From Alphaproteobacteria bacterium (GTDB lineage: Bacteria > Pseudomonadota > Alphaproteobacteria > UBA828): DNA of 64,000 nt. Below are positions 22,023-32,012 of this stretch, in pieces. The stretch spans positions 640,001 through 704,000 of the forward strand of contig CBDEFM010000001.1 of assembly GCA_965237415.1 (NCBI GenBank), written 5' to 3'. The notes under the pieces are model-generated. The model saw nothing but the letters and a program-made list of their open reading frames with translations. It did not search any database and was not told the origin of the DNA. Both the position numbers and the translations under genes were made by a program. How positions within the stretch are numbered: position 1 is the stretch's first letter; every line of letters starts with the position of its first letter.

Positions 22023-23119
22023 TATCGCTCTCCCGTGATCAAGCGGCGGACGTAGGTGTTGAGGATCACTGCCAGCAGCAGAATGACGCCGAGGAAGACG
22101 CGGAAGAGGCTGCTCTCCACGCCGGTGAAGAAGAGCCCTTGCTGAACGACGCCGAAGATCAGCGCGCCGAGCGCAGCGCCGACCACGGAGCCGTATCCGC
22201 CGGTGAGCAGCGCGCCGCCAATCACCACGCAGATGATGGCTTCGAACTCCTTCAGCAGGCCGCGGTCCGCGGCGGCGGAGCCGAATTCCGTCACCTGGCA
22301 GGTGGCAAAGACGGTGGCGCAGAAGGCAGTGAACATGAACATCAGGATCTTGACGCGGTTCACGGGCACGCCGGTGTATCGCGCGGCCTGGGCGTCGCCG
22401 CCGGCGGCGTAGATCCAGTTGCCGAATTTCGTCCGGGTAAGTACCCAGTGCCCGACGAGGACCAGGCCGATCGCCCACACGATCAGCATGGGAACCCCGT
22501 CTACCACCGGCTCTCCCTCGCGGCGGCCGCGCGTGAAGGTGGCAATCAGGCCAAGATCGGCGAGCCAGTCGAAGAGGCCGCCGAGAATCGTGCCGCCGAA
22601 GACGGGCGCCAGCCAGTCGCCCTCCGCCGCGTCCTTCACGCCGCCGATGATGGTCTTGCGCGTGGTGGTGATGGAAATGAAGATTGTGAGCCCGCGCAGA
22701 ATATAGAGGAACGCGAGGGTGACGATGAAACTCGGCAGGCCGGTCTTGATGACGATCCAGCCGTTCAACGCGCCCAGTGCGACGGCAACGACGAAGGCCA
22801 GAATGATCCCGAGCCAGACGGGATAGCCCCAGTGGACCGAGACGATTGCGATGACGATGCCGGCGAAGCCGATCATGGAGCCGACCGAGAGGTCGAATTC
22901 GCCGGCGATCATCAGCAGGCAGGCGCCGACGGCGATGATCGCGAACTGCGCCGAGACGACGCCCCAGTTCATGATGCCTTCCGGCGAGAACATGCCGGTG
23001 TCGGACGCCACCATGAGAAAGAAGACGAAGACGAGGATCGTGCCGCAAATGGCGCCCAGTTCGGGCCGGATCATGGCGCGACGAAACGACGACATCTCCC
23101 TCAGGCGTTCGTCGGGCAT
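22022..23119 (-). CDS. Sugar (inositol) ABC transporter permease
   Basis: Many TM helices; [30 protein letters not shown]. Confidence 0.92.
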
Positions 23120-23217
23120 GGCTCCCTCCCGCAATATCCCCCGATCACAAGGCGGGAATCCGCCGCGGCGCCAGGCCGCGGCGGATCGACCCCGAGCCGG
23201 GGAAGGTCAGGACAGGA

Positions 23218-24168
23218 TCAGCGGTATTCCCCCGCGTACTGCTCGACCAGGGCGATGTTGCCCGTGGTGATGAAGCCGGGGCCGGAATTCATGTGGCCCG
23301 AGGGCACAACGCCGTAGCGCGCGAGGTTGGTGAGGATGATGACCGGCATGTAGCCCTGAAGATAGGGCTGCTGGTCGATCGCAAACGCGATCGTGCCGTC
23401 CTTGACCCCGGCGGCGATTTCGCCCGAGAGGTCGAAGGTGCCGAAATGAATCTCGCCCGAGAGGCTGAGCTCGTCCAGCGCCGCCAGCGTCGGGTGGGCC
23501 GAGGTCGGCCCCAGCGTCAGGATTCCGTTCGCATCCTCGTTGCTGTTCAAGTACGCCATCACCTTGTTCTTGATCTCGGCCGGGTCCTGACCGCTATCGA
23601 TCATCTGGTTGCCGAGCTCCACGCCAAGGGCATCGGCGTAGCCCTGGCAGCGATCGACCGAGGCCGGATTGGTGATGTAGTGATTGACGCACAGGAACTT
23701 GGTGACGCCCGCCGCCTTGGCCTTCTTGCCGGCACCGAATCCGGCGTCGTATTCCGGCTGGCCCACATGCAGCAGGGCGCCGAGCTGCTCGGATTGCTCG
23801 TGAGTGCCCGAATTGATCGTGATGACGGGAATGCCCTTGTCGACGGCATCGGTGATGGGGCCGCTGAGCACGTCGAAGTCGGCGATGGTGACGATGATGC
23901 CGTCCGGGTTGGCCGCCGACGCCTGCTCGACGATGCGGGCCATGTCGGCCAGGTCGCCGGTCGGCGGATTGCGATAGTCGACGGTCACGCCCATCTGCTC
24001 GCCGGCGATCCCGATCGCGTTCTTGATCGTGTTCCACCAGCTGTCGCTGTCCGGCGCGTGGCTGATGAGGACGAACTTTTCGCCCTCCGCCGAGGCGATT
24101 CCCGGGCTCGTGGCCAGACCGATCGCCGCCAGCGCGGCGGCTGCGAGCGCAATGACTCTGGATTTCAT
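23218..24168 (-). CDS. Sugar (inositol) ABC transporter substrate-binding protein
   Basis: Signal peptide; ISHAPDSDSWWNTIKN, DQQPYLQGY; GGGAGGAG RBS. Confidence 0.92.
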   Translation of the reverse strand: MKSRVIALAAAALAAIGLATSPGIASAEGEKFVLISHAPDSDSWWNTIKNAIGIAGEQMGVTVDYRNPPTGDLADMARIVEQASAANPDGIIVTIADFDVLSGPITDAVDKGIPVITINSGTHEQSEQLGALLHVGQPEYDAGFGAGKKAKAAGVTKFLCVNHYITNPASVDRCQGYADALGVELGNQMIDSGQDPAEIKNKVMAYLNSNEDANGILTLGPTSAHPTLAALDELSLSGEIHFGTFDLSGEIAAGVKDGTIAFAIDQQPYLQGYMPVIILTNLARYGVVPSGHMNSGPGFITTGNIALVEQYAGEYR

Positions 24169-24250
24169 GGACTCCTCCCATTTCATGTGCGCCGGAGCCG
24201 CCCGGCGGCGATTTGCGTCCACCCGGGGCTCCGGGCGCGGCTACCACAAA

Positions 24251-24266
24251 TAGAATACAAATTCCA
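24251..24266. promoter_or_regulatory. Putative IolR operator upstream of the ABC-iol operon
   Basis: Minus strand TGGAATTTGTATTCTA, a GGAA-N6-TTC(C/T) site in an AT-rich patch. Confidence 0.5.
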
Positions 24267-24294
24267 TTATTGGAAATCAAAGCGAAAAAGGTGA

Positions 24295-25128
24295 CTATGC
24301 GCCGGCGGCCTTTGCGTGGCGGCGCGCGCCGACCGAGACCGCAATCGTCATGGCGAGCGCCAGCGTCGCCGCGAGAGGGCGGAATGCGCCCACGTCGATC
24401 TCGGATACCGTCAGCGCCACGGTGCCGAGACGGCGCAGGGGGCTCACGCCGGCGTCGGTAATCGCCACCACCGACGCCCCCACCGCGCGCGCATGCGCCG
24501 CAAGATCGATGGTCTCGACGGTATAGGGGGCGAAGGAGATCGCGATCAGGACGTCGTTCCCGCGCACGCTCAGATGGCTGCTCATGCGGCCCACGTCAGC
24601 GTGGTGAACGCTCGCCGCGCCGAGCTTCTCGAATGCATAGGCCAGATAGGTCGACACCGGCATCGACCGCCGAAATCCCGCGAGGTGGATGACGTCGGCT
24701 TCGGCGATCAATTCAACGGCGGCTTCGAGATCATTTATATCCAATGAAACCAATAGATTCTCGAGCGAGGAGCGCCCCGCGGACACGAACTCGCCGAAGA
24801 GCGCCGCCGGGCTGTCGTCCGCTCTCGCGTGCAGCATATCGAGCCGGGTCGTGTAGTCGGGCCACTGCCGCTGGGCATAGGCCTCGCGAAAGAGCCGCTG
24901 CAACGCGGAGAACCCCGAGAACCCCAGCACCTGGCAGAACCGCACGAAGGCGGAAGGCTGGACCTCCGCCATCTCCGCGAGCTCCGACACCGTGGAGACC
25001 GCAATGCGGTCCGGATTGAGCAGCACGAAGGCGGCACACTGTCTGAGCCGCTTCGGCAGCTCGGCCGAGCCCTCGTGCAATCGGGCGAAGAGGGCATCGA
25101 TCGTTTCCGGAGGCTGCGAATGGTTCAT
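24295..25128 (-). CDS. iolR: RpiR/MurR-family regulator
   Basis: LPKRLRQCA...STVSELA...VQPSAFVRFCQVLGFSGF HTH plus SIS domain; heads the iol cluster. Confidence 0.88.
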   Translation of the reverse strand: MNHSQPPETIDALFARLHEGSAELPKRLRQCAAFVLLNPDRIAVSTVSELAEMAEVQPSAFVRFCQVLGFSGFSALQRLFREAYAQRQWPDYTTRLDMLHARADDSPAALFGEFVSAGRSSLENLLVSLDINDLEAAVELIAEADVIHLAGFRRSMPVSTYLAYAFEKLGAASVHHADVGRMSSHLSVRGNDVLIAISFAPYTVETIDLAAHARAVGASVVAITDAGVSPLRRLGTVALTVSEIDVGAFRPLAATLALAMTIAVSVGARRHAKAAGA

Positions 25129-25179
25129 TGCAGGCAGTTCCCAGCATCGGCTCTGGGCAACGGGGACGAACCGCAATAT

Positions 25180-25195
25180 TGGAACAAATGTTCCA
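25180..25195. promoter_or_regulatory. Putative IolR autoregulatory operator
   Basis: Palindrome TGGAACAAATGTTCCA about 50 nt upstream of the iolR start. Confidence 0.62.
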
Positions 25196-25409
25196 TTTGG
25201 TCAATTTCGTGAGAGTTGTTGGTCGCGGTCGTCCCAACGCGGTCATACGCATGTTGTCCGGCACGCTTGTTGGAGGCCAATCGGAAGATGGATCGTGTCC
25301 CGCGGAGTGGTGTAAGAGCCTCGCGTCCTACGCGGTATCCGGCGGGTTAGACCGATGGCCTCGCTCTCACAACCCGTGGAGGGTTTCCCGCACCGCTCCG
25401 GCAAGCGAT

Positions 25410-25548
25410 TCGTAGCCGCGAGGCCGACGCCTTGACGGCCTCGCGCGCCAGGTGGGCGTAACGCGCCGTCGTCTCGATGTCGCTATGGCCGAGCAGCTTG
25501 ACGATCATCGGCAGGGTTTCGCGAGGCGCCAGCGCCCGGGAAGCAAAG
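25410..25548 (-). pseudogene. Tyrosine integrase C-terminal remnant fused to the amidase
   Basis: FASRALA...LPMIVKLLGHSDIETTARYAHLAREAVKASA, homologous to the integrases at 55.6-59.7 kb. Confidence 0.78.
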
Positions 25549-26576
25549 CAGAGCCTGAGACCGTGATAATGCTCGGGCACCGAGACCTCGCTGACCTGGG
25601 CGCCGCGCTCCTCCAGCCGGCGCACCGCCGCGAACACCGATTCGTCGACCGCCGGCTCGCTCCCCGGCAGGCCGAACTCGGGCCAGGTCTCGGTCGTCTG
25701 GCCGAAGCCCTCGCTGAGCACGCCGATGCGGATTCCCTCGCAGCCCGCGCCGATGGCCGGCATGTAGTCCTGCACATAATCCGCAGGGATCACGCCCCGC
25801 TGGCGCGGATCGAGGGGGTCGGGGCCAGCCAGCACCGAGAGCATGCGGGCCGTGTTCTCAACCGTGTTCGTCATAGGCCCGATGTGGTCGAGGGTCATGT
25901 CGATCGCGAGGCACCCGGTATAGGGAATGAGGCCGAAGGTCGCCTTGTGCCCGACCACGCCGCACCAGGAGGCGGGGATGCGGATCGAGCCGCCCTGATC
26001 GCCGCCGATGGCCATGGCCACGTCGCCGGCGGCGACCGCGGCGGCGCTCCCCTTCGACGAGCCGCCGGGCGCATGGGTGGGCTTGCGCGGATTGCGCACC
26101 GGGCCGTAGCCGCTGGTGTGGCCGCCGCCGGAGAAGGAGAAGTCCGCGCAGGCCGTCTTGCCGACGATGGTGGCGCCCGCGTCGAGCAGGCGGGTCACGA
26201 TGGTGGCGTCGATGATGGGCACGTAGCCTTCGAGGGCGCGCGCGCCGTTCATCATCGGCAGGCCGGCCACGGAGACCACGTCCTTGATGCCGATCTCCTC
26301 GCCCGCGAGGGAACCCGAATCGGCGCCCTTGATCTCGGCTCGCCAGTACCAGGCGTTGTAGGGGTTCTCGTCGGGGTGCGGCCGGTAACCCGAGGTCCGC
26401 GGATAGGCGACGGCCGGGCGTTCCTCCGGCATGTCGTCGATGTGGCGCAGGCTCGCGATGGCGCCACGCATGGCGTCCCGCTGGTTGGTGAGGTCGTCGA
26501 GCGACATGTCCAACCCGAAATCCGCAGCGATCTCGGCGAGCTGATTGATGGAAGGGAGTTCCGGACCACGCGACAT
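25549..26576 (-). pseudogene. Amidase signature-family enzyme, C-terminally truncated
   Basis: IGIKD, PGGSSKGS, GGDQGGSIRIPASWCG; the C-terminal part is replaced by an integrase tail. Confidence 0.82.
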
Positions 26577-26752
26577 GGGGGCCTCGTCTCGGTTGGTGGG
26601 AGCGATCCTCGATCCTAGGCCGCCCCGATGCCACCGATTACGGCGCGCAAACGAGGTGTCGATCGCGTATGAATTGGGGTGTCGATCTTGGTAGCGGGGA
26701 GCCGACCTCGCCGCTAGTATCGCGCCTCCAACCTGTAGAGGGGTCTAGCGAA

Positions 26753-27994
26753 ATGGGTCAGATGAGCCGGCGCCACGCGCCGATTAACCTGCGTCAGAGC
26801 GGCGACTTCAACGCCAAGATGCTGCTCTCCACCCGTGTGCGAAAATCGCCTTACTTTCATCTGGCAAAGGCCGCCGGCTGCTGGTGCTACACGGTCTACA
26901 ACCGCATCTATCACCCGCGCGCCTACATTCCGCTGGAGGAAGGCGGCCTGCTGGAGGAATACAAGTACCTCACCGAGCACGTCACCATGTGGGACGTGGC
27001 CGTGGAGCGGCAGATCCAGGTCAAGGGCCCCGATGCGGAGAAGTTCGTCGACTTCGTGATCACCCGCGACGTGAAGAAGATCGAGACCGGCAAGGCGCGC
27101 TACGTCATCCTCTGCAATCTCTATGGCGGCATCATCAACGACCCGGTGCTGCTGCGCGTGGCCGACGACGAGTTCTGGTTCTCGCTCGCCGATTCCGATG
27201 TCGGCATCTACCTGCAGGGCGTGAACGCCGTCGCCAAGATGGATGTCGAGGTCAACGAGATCGACGTCTGCCCGGTGCAGATCCAGGGACCCAAGGCGCA
27301 GGACCTTATCCGCGCGCTGGTGGGCCCGGCGATCGACGACGTGCCGTACTACGGGCTGCTCCAGAACGTGGAGGTCGGCGGCTGCGAGGTGGTGATCTCG
27401 CGCTCGGGCTTCTCCGGCGAGGCGGGATACGAGATCTATCTCATCGACGCCACGATCAACGCCGACGCGATGTGGAACGCGGTGCTGGAGGCCGGCAAGC
27501 AGTTCAACCTGCGGGTCATCGCGCCGGGGCATATCCGCCGCATCGAGGCCGGCATCCTGAGCTGGGGCCAGGACATGGACATCGAGACCAACCCCTATCA
27601 GGTCGGCCTCGGCTGGCAGGTCAACTTCGACAAGGGCGACTTCATCGGCAGGGAGGCACTTGCCAGGATCAGGGACGAGGGCGTGACCGAGAAGCTGGTC
27701 GGGCTCCGCATGGGCGGCAAGCCCATCACCTGGTACCCGGCGGACTTCTACATCGTGCGCGACGGGGCGACCGACGTCGGCTACGTCACCAGCGCCTTCT
27801 GGTCGCCGGCGCAGAACTCTAACATCGCGCTCGCCATGCTGCCGATCGGCTACAGCGAGGTCGGCACCAGGCTCACCGTGGAGCTGGACAAGCAATACGC
27901 AGACGCGCCGGTGGACGCCGAGGTGGTGGAGACGCCGTTCAAGCCCTCGGATTCGCCCGGCAGCGGCTACCTGCTCACCGGCTCCAAGCTCTGA
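26753..27994 (+). CDS. GcvT-family aminomethyltransferase/demethylase
   Basis: RVRKSPY...TVYNR...VTMWDVAVERQIQVKGPDA...SRSGFSGEAGYE...RRIEAGILSWG. Confidence 0.85.
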   Translation: MGQMSRRHAPINLRQSGDFNAKMLLSTRVRKSPYFHLAKAAGCWCYTVYNRIYHPRAYIPLEEGGLLEEYKYLTEHVTMWDVAVERQIQVKGPDAEKFVDFVITRDVKKIETGKARYVILCNLYGGIINDPVLLRVADDEFWFSLADSDVGIYLQGVNAVAKMDVEVNEIDVCPVQIQGPKAQDLIRALVGPAIDDVPYYGLLQNVEVGGCEVVISRSGFSGEAGYEIYLIDATINADAMWNAVLEAGKQFNLRVIAPGHIRRIEAGILSWGQDMDIETNPYQVGLGWQVNFDKGDFIGREALARIRDEGVTEKLVGLRMGGKPITWYPADFYIVRDGATDVGYVTSAFWSPAQNSNIALAMLPIGYSEVGTRLTVELDKQYADAPVDAEVVETPFKPSDSPGSGYLLTGSKL

Positions 27995-28521
27995 GCGCCG
28001 CGCCTGACGGGATCGCCCCGCCCTGCCCTGCATACGGGCGGGGCGTCCGTTCGGCGCGCGCCGGCGCTGAGCATTCCGAGGGGCCGTGAGCGCCGCGCCG
28101 CGGGCCGAGCGGCTGCGCGACCACTTCGTCGGCTGGCAGTGCCGCATCCGCGCCGACGCCATGCGGCGCCGGGAGGGCCGGCCGACGCTCGGCATGCGGC
28201 CGCAGGCGCTGAGTGCGGCGGGCGAAGAGCTTGCGCCGGCCGTGACCACGCTCCTCGTGCGGAAGGAGGCGGAGGCTTTCGCGCCCGAGTTCCGCCATCT
28301 GGCGCGGCGCACCCACGAACCGCGGGCGATGCGCGAGGCGGCGCTCGCGCTGCTGGCGGAGCGCTACTACCAATATGCGCGGGATTTTTCGGGCCTGCTG
28401 ACCGCGACCTTCGCGGCCGAATCTCCGCTCGCCGCAACGCTCGCGCACGAGGGGCGCTGCGTGCTCTCCTTCGCCCAGGACGGCCAGCGCTACGCGCTGC
28501 CCTGCGCTGTGGCCTTGCTAG

Positions 28522-28630
28522 GAGCCTGCGCCGTAGGAAAATTGCCTACTATATGTAGTGGTGTCAGATTATTCTTTACTACTACCTATGGTGTCTGAAG
28601 GTGCCCAAAAGCGTTCTGCGGCGCAGGCTC
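28522..28630. mobile_element. 109-bp MITE, copy 2
   Basis: Near-identical to 5829-5937; CTAG at 28518-28521 and 28631-28634. Confidence 0.88.
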
Positions 28631-28631
28631 C

Positions 28632-29784
28632 TAGTGTGATGTCCCAGAGATAGATGATATATTTATGGGCAGTTTCCTGTCAGGAGTCTGCCCATGCCCC
28701 GTGGTCGCCCCATCGAACCCGTCGTTCTCACGGACGACGAGAAAGATCGGCTCCTCAGCCTCGCCAACTCTCGCTCCTTGCCTCATGGAGTGGTGCGGCG
28801 TGCGCAAATCGTTCTCGCCTGCGCCCAGGGCGAGGCGAACGCCTCGATCGCCCGGCGCATGCGCCTGAGCGATGCCACCGTTGGCAAGTGGCGCAAGCGC
28901 TATCGCATGCAAGGGATCGAGGGGTTGCACGATGAACTGCGCCCGGGCCGGCCCAGAACCCATGACGATGAACGGGTCGCCGAGGTCATCAACACCGCGC
29001 TCCAGACCAAACCACCCGATGGCGCCACCCATTGGAGCGTGCGCGCCATGGCCGAGCAAAGCGGCGTCTCCAAGAGCACCGTGCAACGCTGGTTCAGTCT
29101 GTTCGCCATCCAACCCCACCGCCAGCGCTACTTCAAGCTCTCCAACGACCCCTTCTTCGTCGAGAAGGTGCGCGATATCGTCGGCCTCTATCTCAACCCG
29201 CCCGACCACGCCGTCGTGCTCTGTGTCGACGAGAAAACCCAGGTCCAGGCGCTCAACCGCACCCAACCGATGCTGCCGATGGGGCTGGGCTACGTCGAAG
29301 GGGTCACCCACGATTACGTCCGTCACGGCACCACCACCCTGTTCGCCGCCCTCGACATCGCCACCGGACAGGTCATCACCCAGTGCAAGAAGCGCCATCG
29401 CCACCAGGAGTTTCTCGCCTTCCTGCGCCACATCGACGCCAACCTCCCCGAACCCTTCGACGTTCACCTCATCGCCGACAACTACGCCACCCACAAGTAC
29501 CCGAAGGTCAGAGCCTGGCTCGCAAGGCGACCGCGATACCACATCCACTACACACCCACCTATGCCTCGTGGCTCAACCAGGTCGAGCGCTGGTTCGGCA
29601 TCATCACTCAAACCGCCATTCGACGCGGCTCGTTCTCCAACGTCAGCGAACTGGTGAACAAGATCGATCTCTTCGTCCACCACTACAACGCCAAAGCCAC
29701 TCCCTTCATGTGGACCGCAACCGCAGACTCAATACTCGCAAAAGTCCAGAGACTTTGCTCATATATCTCTGGGACACAACACTA
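28632..29784 (+). mobile_element. IS630-family element
   Basis: TIRs TAGTGTGATGTCCCAGAGATAGATG / TAGTGTTGTGTCCCAGAGATATATG; inserted at CTAG. Confidence 0.88.
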
Positions 29785-29785
29785 G
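28694..29785 (+). CDS. IS630-family transposase
   Basis: [54 protein letters not shown]. Confidence 0.94.
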   Translation: MPRGRPIEPVVLTDDEKDRLLSLANSRSLPHGVVRRAQIVLACAQGEANASIARRMRLSDATVGKWRKRYRMQGIEGLHDELRPGRPRTHDDERVAEVINTALQTKPPDGATHWSVRAMAEQSGVSKSTVQRWFSLFAIQPHRQRYFKLSNDPFFVEKVRDIVGLYLNPPDHAVVLCVDEKTQVQALNRTQPMLPMGLGYVEGVTHDYVRHGTTTLFAALDIATGQVITQCKKRHRHQEFLAFLRHIDANLPEPFDVHLIADNYATHKYPKVRAWLARRPRYHIHYTPTYASWLNQVERWFGIITQTAIRRGSFSNVSELVNKIDLFVHHYNAKATPFMWTATADSILAKVQRLCSYISGTQH

Positions 29786-30105
29786 GGGCCGACGACTCGC
29801 ACCGCGAGGAAACCTGGTGGCACAACGCGTTGTTCAACCCGTCGCTGCCGCCGGACGTCCCCGTCCTCGCCTTCGCGCCCCGCTGGCTGGAAGCAACCGC
29901 CGATCCCGGGCCGGACGGGCGGCGATAGCAGCTGGCTGGTTCGCCGCCGTCGCCAGCGGTGGAGCAAGCCGCAGCGTCATTGCGCGTTCGCTCGCCACAC
30001 GCCGAAAGGAAGGGAAACGACCGATGCCGGAGCCGGTCTCAGACAAGACATCCATGTTCGACCGTGCCATTCCCGTGCTCGCTTCGCTGGAGATCGCGAC
30101 CTCGC

Positions 30106-31543
30106 GGAGCTATGGCCGAGAGTGGGTGACGGGCTGAGAGAAGGAGGTGGCGTATTGTGGGGGGTGACGAAGCCTCCCGGTCTCCAAGCAAGGAGTGATA
30201 CGCCATGACGGAAGAGATAGTGTTGTCGCGCTGCACCATCCAGGGGTGACGGCCGATCCGCTGACCGAAGTACTCCGCGCCGGAGCTCGCGAGCTCCTGG
30301 CACAGGCCATTGAAGCGGAGGTTGCCGCCGTGCTGGCGGCGCATGAACATCTGAAGACCGAAGACGGCCGCCGGCGCCTGGTGCGTCATGGCCACGGGCC
30401 GGAACGGGCGATCCTGACTGGGTCATGGCCACGGGCCGGAACGGGCGATCCTGACTGGCATTGGTCCTGTGTCTGTGCGGCGCCCGAAGGTCCGGGACCG
30501 TGGCAGCGTCGGAGGAGAGCGCATCCGTTTCACGTCGGCCATTCTGCCCCGTTTCGCGCGGCGGACGCGGTCGCTGGATGCGGTTTTGCCGACGCTCTAC
30601 CTTCGTGGCGTGTCCAGCGGGGACTTCCAGGAGGCGCTGGAGGCGTTGCTCGGCAAGGACGCCTCTGGCTTGTCGGCGCAGGTGATCGGCCGCCTGAAGG
30701 CGGAGTGGGAGGCCGAGCACGAGCGCTGGCGCCGGCGCGACCTGTCGGCCCGACGCTACGTCTACATGTGGGCCGATGGCATCTATCTCCAGGGTCGGCT
30801 GGAGGACGAGAAGCAATGCATTCTGGTCCTCGTCCTCATCGGCGCCACGCCTGAGGGACGCAAGGAACTCGTGGGCTTCCAGGCGGGGGTGCGCGAGAGC
30901 GCCCAGAGCTGGCGTGAGTTGCTGGCATGCCTGCGCGGGCGCGGGCTCACGATTGGTCCCGAGCTCGCCATCGGCGATGGCGCTCTGGGCTTCTGGAGGG
31001 CGCTGGAGGAGATCTTTCCCGACACCCGCCGCCAGCGCTGCTGGGTCCACAAGACAGCCAATGTCTTGAACAAGCTGGCGAAGTCGCGACAAACGGCCGC
31101 CAAAGCTGCCCTGCATGATATCTGGATGGCGGATGGCCGCGCCGAGGCCGAGAGGGCGATGAATACTTTCGCCGCCAAGTACGACGCCACATACCCCCAA
31201 GCCGTCGCCTGCTTGACAAAGGACCGCGACGCCTTGCTGGCCTTCTACGACTTCCCGGCCGAGCACTGGCGGCATATCAGGACGACCAATCCAATCGAAA
31301 GCGTCTTCGCTACCGTCCGCCACCGCACCGTGCGCACCAAGGGCTGCTTGTCTCACGGGACAACTCTGGCCATGGTCTTCAAGCCGATCACCACCGCCAG
31401 CAAGACCTGGCGGCGGCTCATGGGAAACAATCGGTTGCCCAAGGTCATCGAAGGTGTGAGATTCAAAGACGGTATGCAGGTCGACGAAACCAAAACTCGC
31501 GCCGCCGCCTGATCACGCCGTCACCCAAAATCGGGCATAACTC
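30106..31543 (+). mobile_element. IS256-family element
   Basis: TIRs GAG(C/T)TATG(G/C)CCGA...TGGGTGACGG; 8-bp TSD GACCTCGC (30098-30105, 31544-31551). Confidence 0.88.
30205..31512 (+). pseudogene. IS256 transposase frameshifted by a 37-bp tandem duplication
   Basis: DPLTEVLRAGARELL...; VYMWADG, LAIGDGALGFW, QRCWVHK, RTTNPIES; duplication at 30385-30421/30422-30458. Confidence 0.85.
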
Positions 31544-32012
31544 GACCTCGCTCGACTTCTTCCACAAGCTCGGTTTCGAAACGCACAACTTCGGCGACCA
31601 CAACTACGGTATCGCCGTCCGCGAGCACATCGAGATCCACTTCTGGCTTTGCACCGACAGGCACGTTGCCGAGAACACCTCCCGCTACGTCCGTGTGCCG
31701 TGTCGAACGCCGGCGTCTGGCGCTCAAGCCCGGCGCCGTAATGCTCCAGCCGCGCCTCGTTCAGGCGGTAGATCGACGCGATCCGCTCGATCCATCCCCG
31801 GCACCATTCCGTCAGGCTGACCTGGCCGGCCGCGCACTCGATAAAATCGCGCCGTTGATGAGACCAGCAGAACGCAAGGGTCACCAGCCCCCCGCGAAGG
31901 CGAGCGAGCCGCTTGTAGGCGCTATAGCGGTCGCAGACGATGACCGTGTGGAGGAGGGCCGCCGCGAACAGCTTCTCCGCCGCTTCGGCGCTGCGCGAAG
32001 GGTCGATATGGA

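Larger units (their letters stand above)
28087..29928 (+). pseudogene. Hypothetical protein split at a CTAG by MITE + IS630
   Basis: Removing 28522-29785 restores the frame ...[29 protein letters not shown]... Confidence 0.75.
30024..31700 (+). pseudogene. VOC/bleomycin-resistance-like protein split by IS256 and truncated by an IS66 piece
   Basis: Rejoined: MFDRAIPVLASLEIATS-LDFFHKLGFETHNFGDHNYGIAVREHIEIHFWLC... Confidence 0.72.

Noticed and set aside
26753-27994. dmdA or gcvT gene symbol
   Set aside because: The family is clear but the substrate cannot be assigned by eye; no gcvH/P or dmdBCD nearby.
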